A stretch of 51,440 nt of DNA from Deltaproteobacteria bacterium. GTDB taxonomy: Bacteria > JACQOV01. The stretch spans positions 1 through 51,440 of the forward strand of contig JACQOV010000022.1 of assembly GCA_016202395.1 (NCBI GenBank). Direction: 5' to 3'. Positions 27,681 to 36,309 of the stretch are shown piece after piece. A program made the position numbers and the translations under genes. The notes below the pieces were generated by a model. That model ran no database searches and was not told where the DNA came from. It was given only the letters and a program-made list of their open reading frames with translations. The stretch's first letter is position 1. Each line of letters begins with the position of its first letter.

Positions 27681-28796
27681 TTAGTCAGTCCAATTCAGAT
27701 CATAGCTGACGTTTCGTCCTTTACCGGCATTTTGGCGCAAGGTTTTTTTATTCACAAGATCCGATATCTCGCGATAACCTGTAGCTCTGCTAACCCCTGT
27801 CAACGAAACGTATTTTCTTGTTGTTAAGCCTCCCTGGAATCCTCCCCGTCCACTATCCAGAAGGCGATTGAGAACCTTTCGTTGACGTTCGTTGATCGTC
27901 GTTTGGCCATGCTTCTTCCAGAATTCTGCCTTGGCCAGAACTTTTCCAATTAACCTTTCGGATTTTTCCATAGCCCGCAGTAAACATTCCAGAAACCAGG
28001 ATAGCCACGGCGTTATGTCCTTTTCCCCCTTCTGACATCGTTTGAGAGTAGCGTAATAGATGTCTCTCTCTTCCATAATCTGAGACGAAAAGCTGTAAAA
28101 TCTTATGGGAAGTTTTTCATCCTGGGCCAAAGCCATATCGGTTAGGGCTCGAGCCATGCGTCCATTTCCGTCCTCAAAAGGATGGATCGTTACAAACCAA
28201 AAGTGAGCAATGGCGGCTCTTAGAAATCCTTCCGTTGGCCCTAAGCTCTCCTTCCACCAGTCCAAAAAATGTTTCATTTCTTTCTCAATTCTTTCTCTCG
28301 GAGGGGCTTCAAAGTGGACTTTTTCTTTCCCAATGGGGCCAGAGACCACTTGCATCGGCCGCCTTCCACGCCAGCGCCCTACACGGATTTTACGCAAACC
28401 AGAAAATCCTGTCGGGAATAAAGCTACATGCCAGGATTGCAATCTTTTTATTGAAAGGGGTTGGTCATAGTTTCGTGTCGCTTCAAGAAGAATCTCTACT
28501 AATCCGTCAATATGCCGATCTGCGCGAGCCGTTCCTGCGTAATGCAATCCGAGATGCCTTGCAACAGAGGATCTCACCGAATCTCGATTAAAGGCTTCTC
28601 CTTCGATCGCGGCTGTTTTAATAGTTTCTTCAATCAGGATTTCGGCTTGGGCTTGATGTTCTAGATGGAGTCCTAGCTCTTTGACCCGAGTTAACAGCTT
28701 CCCCTGACAAAGCCGTACCTTTCCCAAGACGGGTAAGAGTAGATCGCTCTTCCAAGAGAATTGATACCAATCTTCATCGTGCCAAATGTATTTCAT
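27681..28796 (-). CDS. Fic family protein (DUF4172 N-terminus, C-terminal wHTH)
   Basis: HPFEDGNGRMAR Fic motif; YIW...W..F.W start; TAAIEGE; S.ATG.REI..L HTH. Confidence 0.92.
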   Translation of the reverse strand: MKYIWHDEDWYQFSWKSDLLLPVLGKVRLCQGKLLTRVKELGLHLEHQAQAEILIEETIKTAAIEGEAFNRDSVRSSVARHLGLHYAGTARADRHIDGLVEILLEATRNYDQPLSIKRLQSWHVALFPTGFSGLRKIRVGRWRGRRPMQVVSGPIGKEKVHFEAPPRERIEKEMKHFLDWWKESLGPTEGFLRAAIAHFWFVTIHPFEDGNGRMARALTDMALAQDEKLPIRFYSFSSQIMEERDIYYATLKRCQKGEKDITPWLSWFLECLLRAMEKSERLIGKVLAKAEFWKKHGQTTINERQRKVLNRLLDSGRGGFQGGLTTRKYVSLTGVSRATGYREISDLVNKKTLRQNAGKGRNVSYDLNWTD

Positions 28797-28880
28797 GGTT
28801 CTCCATTATCGCTTCATTTTATGAAGCAATTATACAGTTTAATCGCTTCAGAGGCAAGTATCATGGTCGGGAATAAAGAA

Positions 28881-28947
28881 AGGGGCCAGGCCGTTTGTGG
28901 ACTCATTTTTAAGCTGAAATAATTGGCCAACAAACGATTTGACCCCT
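28881..28947. repeat. imperfect inverted repeat (REP-like)
   Basis: AGGGGCCAGGCCGTTTGTGG ... CCAACAAACGATTTGACCCCT. Confidence 0.5.
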
Positions 28948-29029
28948 CTCTCCTCAAAGATCAAAATCCCTACATTCCATCTCTCTTTTTTCATTTATGA
29001 GGTAGGTTAACACAAATAAAATATTAAAA

Positions 29030-29059
29030 CACTGGATCCCCGCTTCCGCGGGGATGACG
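29030..29059. repeat. 30-bp palindromic REP (dRS3-like), copy 1
   Basis: CACTGGATCCCCGCTTCCGCGGGGATGACG, the exact reverse complement of 43070..43099. Confidence 0.85.
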
Positions 29060-29116
29060 AATAAAGACTGCGGGATAACGAAGAAGGACCGTGAAGATGA
29101 CATTCTGGGTCAAGAG

Positions 29117-30226
29117 TCAAGAGGACAGGAGAGAATCCAATAATTTTTTAATTCCTGGCAAATTCACAATCTCAGAGGTGTGTTCGGGGATTAGAAGCAG
29201 AGGGAGATCGGTTTCCTTTCGGAGGCGATCGATCTGTTGGGAATCTCTCTGAGCCAGTATTTCTAGATTTCGAAGGTTTTCTAGGAGCTCTTTTTCGAGA
29301 TTCGCATCAGGCATGTCCAGTGAAGGGATCCGATCCCGATTCGCATTGGCGGAGAGGTAGGAACGATGGACGCGATTCACAATGAACCCTCCGCAAGGAA
29401 TCTGAGCTTGGCTCAACTGCTGGTGAAAGAATAGGGCTTCCTCAATAGCGCCAGGTTGCGGGGCGGTTACGATCAGAAAAATGGTTTCTTTGGAATGGAG
29501 GAGCTGATCGATCTTTTGGGCCCTTTCTCGGAAGCCTTCATACATCCCCTCAAAGTTGAGAGCAAATTCAGAGAGGTCTTTTAAAATTTCAAACCCGGTC
29601 AACTTCTCCGCCGTCTTTAGGAAAAACGCAGCCCCTTTTTGCAGAGCCTTCATGCCAGAGCGCCCCACGATCTTGGAGGGGAGAAAGATCCAACGTAAAA
29701 TCGATTCATCGATGAGATGGAGCATCTTCTGAGGCGTTTCAATGAAATCCAGCGCATGCCGAGAAGGAGGGGTATCTAGAACACAGAGATCGAATTCACT
29801 TTGTTGATAGATCTCTTGCAGCTTCTCCATCGCCATGTATTCATGAGAGCCAATCAGGGCAGTCGAGAGATGTTGGTAATAGCGATTCGATAAGATCTTT
29901 TTCGCTATTTCTCGAGAAGGGGCATATTTTTCAATCAAAAGATCAAAGGTCCGTTTGGTGTCGAGCATCATCGCAGAAAGGGTTCCGGGTGTCCCATTCG
30001 TTTGAAGCTCTCCCCATGGGATTGGATGAGGATCGTTTTCGAGAGAATTTAAGCCGAGAGCATTGGCCAGACGCCGCGCTGGATCAATCGTTATCACAGC
30101 GCTTCTCTTGCCTTCAAGGGCTCCATGCAAAGCAATGGCCGCGGAGAGGGTAGTTTTTCCAACCCCTCCACTCCCCACACAGACAATGACGCGACCCCCT
30201 TTAAGAATGGAATTGACCTTCTTCAT
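29117..30226 (-). CDS. ArsA/Get3-family ATPase (Rv3680/BagB-like)
   Basis: GSGGVGKTT, TIDPARRLA, EYMAMEKL, DTPPSRHALDF; ATGA coupling with the upstream gene. Confidence 0.88.
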   Translation of the reverse strand: MKKVNSILKGGRVIVCVGSGGVGKTTLSAAIALHGALEGKRSAVITIDPARRLANALGLNSLENDPHPIPWGELQTNGTPGTLSAMMLDTKRTFDLLIEKYAPSREIAKKILSNRYYQHLSTALIGSHEYMAMEKLQEIYQQSEFDLCVLDTPPSRHALDFIETPQKMLHLIDESILRWIFLPSKIVGRSGMKALQKGAAFFLKTAEKLTGFEILKDLSEFALNFEGMYEGFRERAQKIDQLLHSKETIFLIVTAPQPGAIEEALFFHQQLSQAQIPCGGFIVNRVHRSYLSANANRDRIPSLDMPDANLEKELLENLRNLEILAQRDSQQIDRLRKETDLPLLLIPEHTSEIVNLPGIKKLLDSLLSS

Positions 30227-31140
30227 AATTTTTCCGCCAAGATTTGGAGCTCCGGTTCTCGGATCGATTCTCTGAAAAGGAAGGGGAGCTCCGCACATTC
30301 CAGTGGATAGATCGCCTGTCGAAATTGTTCAAGATGGGTTTGCTGTCTTCGCTCGTAATAGTACATGTCTTCCGCCGCGTTAAGGGTCGCCTCCAGACAA
30401 GGGTTTTCAGAGCCCCTTAAACCCATCAGCCGCGAGGGGGCCCAACGGTGATCGAGCCTGGGGAATAGCGCATTCACAAAGAGCCGGCCTAACGCAACAG
30501 GAAACCCTTTTTGCACTTGCGCAATCATTTCCAAAGTTTCGTTTACAGGCATCTCTTCGGCAAGGGTCACTAAGTGCAGCTGTGTTCGCTCCGGGTTTCG
30601 AAGGATCTGAAGCACTTTCTTTGCCTCGCGATGAATGGGACCGACCTGAACGGCGTCGACCGTGACTTGGGGTGTTTTCAAAAAAAGAAGCCCATGACCT
30701 GTCGCTGGGGCATCCACAACGATAAAAGGGTAAAGGGGGCCTCCTGTTTCTGGATCTTTCCTTCTCTCTGCGAGGTGCCAGATCTTCCCAAGGATCAAAA
30801 GCTCTTTGAGCCCTGGAGCGGCGGAGAGGAGCTGCCGCACCACTTTCATATTCAGGAAAGGCTCATAGAGCCGTCGAACTTTGAGGCGGATATGGAGATA
30901 CTCCTTCATGGCGTCGAAGGCATGGAGGTTGATGCCGTAGAGGTGAGGGCGAAGTTGAACCTCGCGATAGCCGATCGGTTCTGCAAAGTTAAAGGACTGG
31001 CGCATGAACTCGTTGGATTCAATCTCCACTAAAAGGGTGCGTTTCCCTTGTTCAGCAAAGCGCAAGGCCATGGTGGCCGCCACCGTGCTTTTGCCGACCC
31101 CTCCTTTGCCTGAGATGAAGTTGAGTTGTGGGTTTATCAT
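30223..31140 (-). CDS. ArsA/Get3-family ATPase (Rv3679/BagA-like)
   Basis: GKGGVGKST, APGLKELL.LGK, DAPATGHG, LAEEMPVNET. Confidence 0.88.
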   Translation of the reverse strand: MINPQLNFISGKGGVGKSTVAATMALRFAEQGKRTLLVEIESNEFMRQSFNFAEPIGYREVQLRPHLYGINLHAFDAMKEYLHIRLKVRRLYEPFLNMKVVRQLLSAAPGLKELLILGKIWHLAERRKDPETGGPLYPFIVVDAPATGHGLLFLKTPQVTVDAVQVGPIHREAKKVLQILRNPERTQLHLVTLAEEMPVNETLEMIAQVQKGFPVALGRLFVNALFPRLDHRWAPSRLMGLRGSENPCLEATLNAAEDMYYYERRQQTHLEQFRQAIYPLECAELPFLFRESIREPELQILAEKL

Positions 31141-31146
31141 AAGGAA

Positions 31147-32364
31147 CTAAAAGGTGGCTTGGAGCATGGCGTTGCCTCCATCCCACGGGTGATTGACGAT
31201 CTCATCCAAATCCCAATTGGCGTTCAGAATCAGACGGAGGCTCTCTTTGGGATGAAACTCTAGCATCCATATCCCTTTATGTTCCGGCTCAAAAGAATCA
31301 AAATCGGACGCCGGATTGTTAGGAAACTCTCGCGTCCGCGCAATGTTTCCGAAAACATAACCGAGGTGAGGAGTGAGCCAGGAAAGCCATGGTTTTTGAT
31401 AAAGGAGATAAGGAATCCACTCCGTCCTTGCGAACTGGTTTTCGTTTTGAGGAGAGTGGGGTTGCTCCGTGTCCGTTTCTCGCTTTATCCATTGGAGCCC
31501 TAGCGTGAATTTTCCCCAGACTCCCCATTCCCTTTCGTAATACCCCTCCACGGTCCAGAGATTACGTTGGTAATCGATGTCATTGACCGTGAGCTCTGCG
31601 GTGTTAAAGGCCTCTCCTTCTCGCTTGTGTTCATAGGCCAAAAGTCCTCCAAGGATATTTTTCAAAAATCTATCATACCGAAGATCAATTTTTGCCTGAG
31701 TTCGGTTATAGTGGTAAAGAAGCCCCTCTTCGGCGTTATTAAAAAGGGTAGGGATATCCCGTTCAAAGAAGAAGAGGAGGTCCCATCTCGCAGGGAGATG
31801 CCATTCCCCTTCGGCGCGAAAGGTTTGTGGAAAATCAACATAGCGATTGGCGCTGTTCGTTCTTTTATTGAAATCGAAGTCGACATAGAGATAGCTCAAG
31901 CGTAGAAACCTCCGGATCGATTTTCGGTAGGTGAGGGCAAAGCCGGCATCATGCTCTTCTTTATTAAAGTGAGGTTCTCCCCAAACGCTTGCGTAGAAAG
32001 GTCCCACGGCTCTCGTTTCGAACTCCAAAAACTGGTGGAATTCCTCGAGATCTTGGTCTTCTTGCTGGAGAAGGTTGTACCGGAAAGCGACGCGAGAGGT
32101 AACGGGCAGCCGTAGCTTAAGCTCTTGATCGATTCGGAAGTGACAGCAGTCGAGACTCCCCACGGTGGTTCGAAATCCTTGCCAAGAGTCTCTCCATCTT
32201 TCTTCCCAATCTTTTGGAAAACGGAAAGCGAGATAATCCATAAACTCCTCTGAGTCGAACTGATCCTCTCTGTCAATCTCTTCCATCTGCTCCGGAATAA
32301 AAATCGCAAAAGCGCGTGAGGATAATAGGGAGAGCAATACAAGTAGAAAAGATTTCATCAACAT
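31147..32364 (-). CDS. predicted outer-membrane beta-barrel protein
   Basis: Signal peptide ending RAFA; alternating aromatic-rich strands; C-terminal Phe (LQATF). Confidence 0.65.
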   Translation of the reverse strand: MLMKSFLLVLLSLLSSRAFAIFIPEQMEEIDREDQFDSEEFMDYLAFRFPKDWEERWRDSWQGFRTTVGSLDCCHFRIDQELKLRLPVTSRVAFRYNLLQQEDQDLEEFHQFLEFETRAVGPFYASVWGEPHFNKEEHDAGFALTYRKSIRRFLRLSYLYVDFDFNKRTNSANRYVDFPQTFRAEGEWHLPARWDLLFFFERDIPTLFNNAEEGLLYHYNRTQAKIDLRYDRFLKNILGGLLAYEHKREGEAFNTAELTVNDIDYQRNLWTVEGYYEREWGVWGKFTLGLQWIKRETDTEQPHSPQNENQFARTEWIPYLLYQKPWLSWLTPHLGYVFGNIARTREFPNNPASDFDSFEPEHKGIWMLEFHPKESLRLILNANWDLDEIVNHPWDGGNAMLQATF

Positions 32365-32823
32365 CTAGGCTTCAATGGTCACTTCGCGAAGTGTGGTCGA
32401 CCTCTTTTGTTTGGAACGCTCAATAAGAACTTCAATCTCTTTAGCAAAGATCACTTCAATCGATTGAAGCGCCGCTAAACGACTCTGTTCCTCTAGATTC
32501 AAGAACTCTTTCTTCTTTAGAGTTTCCATCTCTCGATGGAGAACCTCTTGAACCGTTTGATACGCCTCTATACGGGCTTGATCCTTATCCATTCCCGATT
32601 CTGGCATCCGATGGATCGCAAGATCAATGATAGAGCGAAGCGCTTCACAGAGGGATTGAATGGAGGCCCCCACCGGAGTTCCTTCATAGCTTTGAGCCAT
32701 CTCCAAAAACAGCTGGAGCATGGAGCTTACGGCGAGAAGAAGCTCTTTTTGAGCCAAAAGAAAGTGAGTGAAGGCCTCCTGCAAGGCCTCATGGGTTTCC
32801 GAAGTAGACTTGGAATCGTCCAT
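32365..32823 (-). CDS. helical hypothetical protein
   Basis: Intact ORF inside the operon; amphipathic helices; C-terminal REVTIEA. Confidence 0.7.
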   Translation of the reverse strand: MDDSKSTSETHEALQEAFTHFLLAQKELLLAVSSMLQLFLEMAQSYEGTPVGASIQSLCEALRSIIDLAIHRMPESGMDKDQARIEAYQTVQEVLHREMETLKKKEFLNLEEQSRLAALQSIEVIFAKEIEVLIERSKQKRSTTLREVTIEA

Positions 32824-33952
32824 CTTGAAGCGCCGCCTTTTTCAATTGAAGTCTCGCCAGGGTATGGGGGAGAAAAATGTGCCGTCGCACCTCTTTCAAT
32901 TGGATGATCAATTCATCCCCTTTTACCCAGAGTTTTAAATCCCCCTTATCCGTGCCAGGAAGGAGGATCGAGACTAAATAATCCTCGTTTACAGGGCGGA
33001 TGTCAATGGGGTTTTCGTTATAGAAGGTCGCTGTGGGGTCTTTGTCCCCAAAAAGTTCGTGGGCCATTCGGGAAAGGAGCGCAACCCCCACAATCTCTTC
33101 TTCAAAGTAAGGGGAGATCAACAGCGGCAAAGGGTCAAAACGGTCCTTTGCCTCTTTCAGGTGTCGTTTCTGGATGGCGACCCATTTTTTAAGAGCGGGG
33201 TTATTCCATTCGTTGGGGAAAAGTCGATTCACAGCCACTGCGTCGACTCGATAGCCAAAGAGGCTTAAGGTCGCATAAGCCCTTTGGGCCTCTTTAATTA
33301 CCATTTTTTCAGGTTGAATCACCAATCGAATGTTGGTGTCGGGACCGGTGAGTAATCCGTGAATGCCTTCAATCCGCCGGTAGAGGTTTTCAACCGAGGC
33401 ATAAACGTCATCGTGGGGGAGAGGAAACTTCGTGATCTTTTCGGCAATAGGTCGGACCGCTTTTAAGATCTTTCGCTCGATGGGAAAAAAACGTTCCATG
33501 TACCAACGAAGAGCGTCGGGGAGACTTAAGAGCCTTGCAGTGGCCGCGGTTGGAGCGCAATCGACAATCACGACATCAAACTCTCCTGTTCCTGAGTATT
33601 CTTGAAGTTTGAGAAGATTGAAAAGCTCCTCCATCCCCGGCAGGATTGCCAGCTCTTGAGCCACGATGTCATTCAATCCTTGTTTTCGCAGAACCTGTGA
33701 GATGTAGGCGTGAATAGTTCCCCAATGGCTCTGGAGCTCTTGATGAACATTAATCTCTTGAGCGTAGAGTTTCTCTGTGATGGGGGTTGGATCAGCGCCG
33801 ACCGGTTTGTCGAAAGAGTCCCCTAAGCTGTGGGCTCCATCGGTGCTGATGACCAAGGTTTTGTGTCCTAGCTCAGCGCAACGCAACGCCGTTGCAGCGG
33901 AGATGGTCGTTTTGCCGACTCCTCCTTTACCGGTGTAAAGTAAGATCCTCAT
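32789..33952 (-). CDS. ArsA/Get3 ATPase with C-terminal alpha-crystallin (HSP20-like) domain (Get3d-like)
   Basis: GKGGVGKTT, STD.AHSL.D, PGMEE, DCAPT; C-terminal GDELII....RRHI.LP..L......A....G...V.F. Confidence 0.9.
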   Translation of the reverse strand: MRILLYTGKGGVGKTTISAATALRCAELGHKTLVISTDGAHSLGDSFDKPVGADPTPITEKLYAQEINVHQELQSHWGTIHAYISQVLRKQGLNDIVAQELAILPGMEELFNLLKLQEYSGTGEFDVVIVDCAPTAATARLLSLPDALRWYMERFFPIERKILKAVRPIAEKITKFPLPHDDVYASVENLYRRIEGIHGLLTGPDTNIRLVIQPEKMVIKEAQRAYATLSLFGYRVDAVAVNRLFPNEWNNPALKKWVAIQKRHLKEAKDRFDPLPLLISPYFEEEIVGVALLSRMAHELFGDKDPTATFYNENPIDIRPVNEDYLVSILLPGTDKGDLKLWVKGDELIIQLKEVRRHIFLPHTLARLQLKKAALQDGRFQVYFGNP

Positions 33953-33981
33953 TTCAGTAGGCTGTTGAAGTGTCGGAGTGT

Positions 33982-34188
33982 TTAAGTTTTTGAAGAATCA
34001 TCCCCAGTTTTTTTGGGGGCATCCTTCTTGGGAGTAACGTCAATGGCATCCGGCTCTTTAAGAGATTTCTTAAACCCTCGGATAGCTTTACCCAGTCCCT
34101 CCCCAATCTGTGGGAGACGAGAGGCGCCAAAGATAATCACCACAATCAACAAGATCACAATGAGTTCCCACATCCCTAGGCCAAACAT
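33982..34188 (-). CDS. tatA: twin-arginine translocase TatA/E subunit
   Basis: [26 protein letters not shown]. Confidence 0.93.
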   Translation of the reverse strand: MFGLGMWELIVILLIVVIIFGASRLPQIGEGLGKAIRGFKKSLKEPDAIDVTPKKDAPKKTGDDSSKT

Positions 34189-34218
34189 GCTTTTCTCCTT
34201 TCATGGATTCTTCGACGT

Positions 34219-35055
34219 TCAAGCCACATTCGGACGCACCACCCGAAGCGCTGGCAGTTTCGACTTTTCACCGAGAAGCCTTTGCAGCGCCTCGAAAACC
34301 TCTGAGGAATAAAGTAATCCCCAATGCCCCACAGAATCGATTGCGATGTCGGCGGTGTCCTGTGGCCAACGGGCATATTCGGAGGGAAGTATCATTAAAT
34401 CATAGGCGGACCAAACGGAGGCCGTGTAGATGTAGCGAAGTTTGTCGAGATTGTCTTGATTAATCTTAGTGATGAATTGCCCTCTTGGATTGAGTTGACG
34501 ACCGCACGGAGTGACTGCAAAAAGATAAAGCTCAGTTCCCTGATTAGGACAGGCCAGAGTAATGCAACGTTCCACCTTCTTATACCCTTCAAGGAATTGG
34601 ACATAGTACCTTGCCACTAAACCTCCCATGCTATGCGCGATCACATCCACTCGATGAGCTCCCGTTTGATGCAGAATCTTGTCCACGTCTTCAGCAAGCC
34701 TTTCCGCGCTTTGTTCGATCGTTTTTTTCGAGGAGAGATTGATAGAGTAGACATGCCTCCAACCGGCCTTCTCTAGGCGATGTTTTAGAAGAAGGTAAGC
34801 CGACCCATTATGGAAATAACCATGGATTAGGAGGACCGGATTCTTTTCCTTGTCTTTGTTCTTTCTCCAATCGCCAGCGACTCGGTTCCCTTCCAGTTTA
34901 AGCCGATCCCAAGGGACCAGACCAATCGGATAAAAGATTCCTGCAAGCCACAAGAAGAAGAAGTCTTTGACCGTGACCGCTCCTATACGTGGCAGCCAGT
35001 TCCATTGAAGGAGAGAACCCACGAGGCCAGACCTCCTTTTAGTTTGTTGGGGCAT
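34219..35055 (-). CDS. alpha/beta hydrolase, lipase/esterase (AHSMG type)
   Basis: PVLLIHG, AHSMGG nucleophile elbow, D and GH triad candidates. Confidence 0.88.
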   Translation of the reverse strand: MPQQTKRRSGLVGSLLQWNWLPRIGAVTVKDFFFLWLAGIFYPIGLVPWDRLKLEGNRVAGDWRKNKDKEKNPVLLIHGYFHNGSAYLLLKHRLEKAGWRHVYSINLSSKKTIEQSAERLAEDVDKILHQTGAHRVDVIAHSMGGLVARYYVQFLEGYKKVERCITLACPNQGTELYLFAVTPCGRQLNPRGQFITKINQDNLDKLRYIYTASVWSAYDLMILPSEYARWPQDTADIAIDSVGHWGLLYSSEVFEALQRLLGEKSKLPALRVVRPNVA

Positions 35056-35149
35056 AGACCCTCCTTTTCAAGCCTTTTCAAGGAATTGAGCTCACGCTCA
35101 TTCTAGCTCTATATGTTGAGCCACGTCAAGGGACTAAGCCAAACTTGGC

Positions 35150-35200
35150 TTGACATCGTAAATAAAACACTTTATCTTAGTAAAGAAGTAAAGAGTAAAG
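35150..35200 (+). promoter_or_regulatory. sigma70 promoter with AGTAAAG direct repeats
   Basis: TTGACA-N17-TATCTT (35150..35178), then three AGTAAAG repeats before the RBS. Confidence 0.65.
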
Positions 35201-35210
35201 GAGTTTTACC

Positions 35211-35435
35211 ATGAAGACATCTCGATTATCACAAAAAAGCCAGGTGACGATTCCAAAGGAGGTTCGGGAGGTTCTAGGACTAGAGCCTGGGGATGTCATT
35301 GTTTATGAGTTAAAAAATGGGGTTGCTACGCTTCATCGGGCCGGGCCTCTAGATATCGCTTTTCATGCAAGTCTCTCCAAGATCCTCGATGAGTGGGACT
35401 CTCCTGAAGATGACGAGGCTTTTAATGATCTGTGA
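35211..35435 (+). CDS. AbrB/MazE-family antitoxin
   Basis: S.K.QVTIPKEVRE.LGL.PGD; acidic tail EWDSPEDDEAFNDL. Confidence 0.88.
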   Translation: MKTSRLSQKSQVTIPKEVREVLGLEPGDVIVYELKNGVATLHRAGPLDIAFHASLSKILDEWDSPEDDEAFNDL

Positions 35436-35754
35436 GCCCTGGGACGTGGTTGTGGTCCCTTTTCCATTTACCGAGAGATCTCAAACCAAGAGAAGACCAG
35501 CGGTCGTTTTAAGTCACCCCGAATTCAATCAAAACGGCTACACCATTTTATCCATGATTACCACTCGGACTCATGCTCCATGGCCCGGCGATACAACCCT
35601 TGGAGATTTTCAGATAGCCGGCTTAAAACTTCCATGCATCGCGCGTTTGAAATTATTTTCTCTCGACAACCGTCTAATTTCAAAGAAAATTGGCGCTCTT
35701 TCTTCAGAAGACCAACAGCAAGTTCATGCGTCTTTGCGGCGATATCTGATTTGA
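35425..35754 (+). CDS. PemK/MazF-family endoribonuclease toxin
   Basis: DVVVVPFPF....KRRPAVVLS, MITT, GL...C.AR, KKIG.LS; overlaps the antitoxin stop. Confidence 0.9.
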   Translation: MICEPWDVVVVPFPFTERSQTKRRPAVVLSHPEFNQNGYTILSMITTRTHAPWPGDTTLGDFQIAGLKLPCIARLKLFSLDNRLISKKIGALSSEDQQQVHASLRRYLI

Positions 35755-35758
35755 ATCC

Positions 35759-36184
35759 ATGACAAAACAAAAGCATTACGAACCCTTTGAACATACGGCG
35801 GATGTGGGATTGCGAGTTTGGGGGAGCGATCTCGAAGAGCTTTTTCGAAATAGTGTTGAGGCGATGTTTAGTTTGGTTGTGGATGTCAACACCACTGAGC
35901 CCAAAGAGACTTTAGAAATCAAAGTGGAGGGAAGGGATTTACAAACCCTCTTCTTTAATTGGCTTGATGAGCTTCTCTATTTGCATCTAACGAAGTATTT
36001 TCTTTTTTGCGAGGTAGAAAAGATAGAAATGAGCCCAAATCATTTACAAGCCTCTGTTCGGGGGGAAACGATCGATCTAGAGCGCCATCAGCTCTTGACG
36101 GAACTCAAGGCCGTTACTTATCATCAATTTGAAGTCCAGCAAACCAAGGAAGGCTGGCAAGCGATCGTCATTTTTGATGTGTAG
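35759..36184 (+). CDS. archease
   Basis: EHTADVG N-terminus; WLDELLY; KAVTYH; C-terminal FDV. Confidence 0.94.
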   Translation: MTKQKHYEPFEHTADVGLRVWGSDLEELFRNSVEAMFSLVVDVNTTEPKETLEIKVEGRDLQTLFFNWLDELLYLHLTKYFLFCEVEKIEMSPNHLQASVRGETIDLERHQLLTELKAVTYHQFEVQQTKEGWQAIVIFDV

Positions 36185-36186
36185 TT

Positions 36187-36291
36187 TTTCGCTGAATCCG
36201 CGGGTCCTGTCATGGGGTTTCCCCCAGGCGTGCTCCACGGTCCGCGCGCCTGGGGGTCCCCCACCCCATGCCACCCACGGATTCAGCGAAA
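36187..36291. repeat. long palindromic element, copy 2 (core 36201..36276)
   Basis: 73/76 identical to 13427..13502; own outer stem TTTCGCTGAATCCG/CGGATTCAGCGAAA. Confidence 0.9.
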
Positions 36292-36309
36292 GAATTTTGA
36301 TGTTGTTTT

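Noticed and set aside
25059-28796. Integron cassette array
   Set aside because: The genes are cassette-like, but no integrase and no recognisable attC sites were found; several genes overlap directly.
29117-33952. Arsenic resistance operon
   Set aside because: No arsB/acr3/arsC/arsD/arsR; the ATPases are single-domain with motifs of non-arsenite clades.
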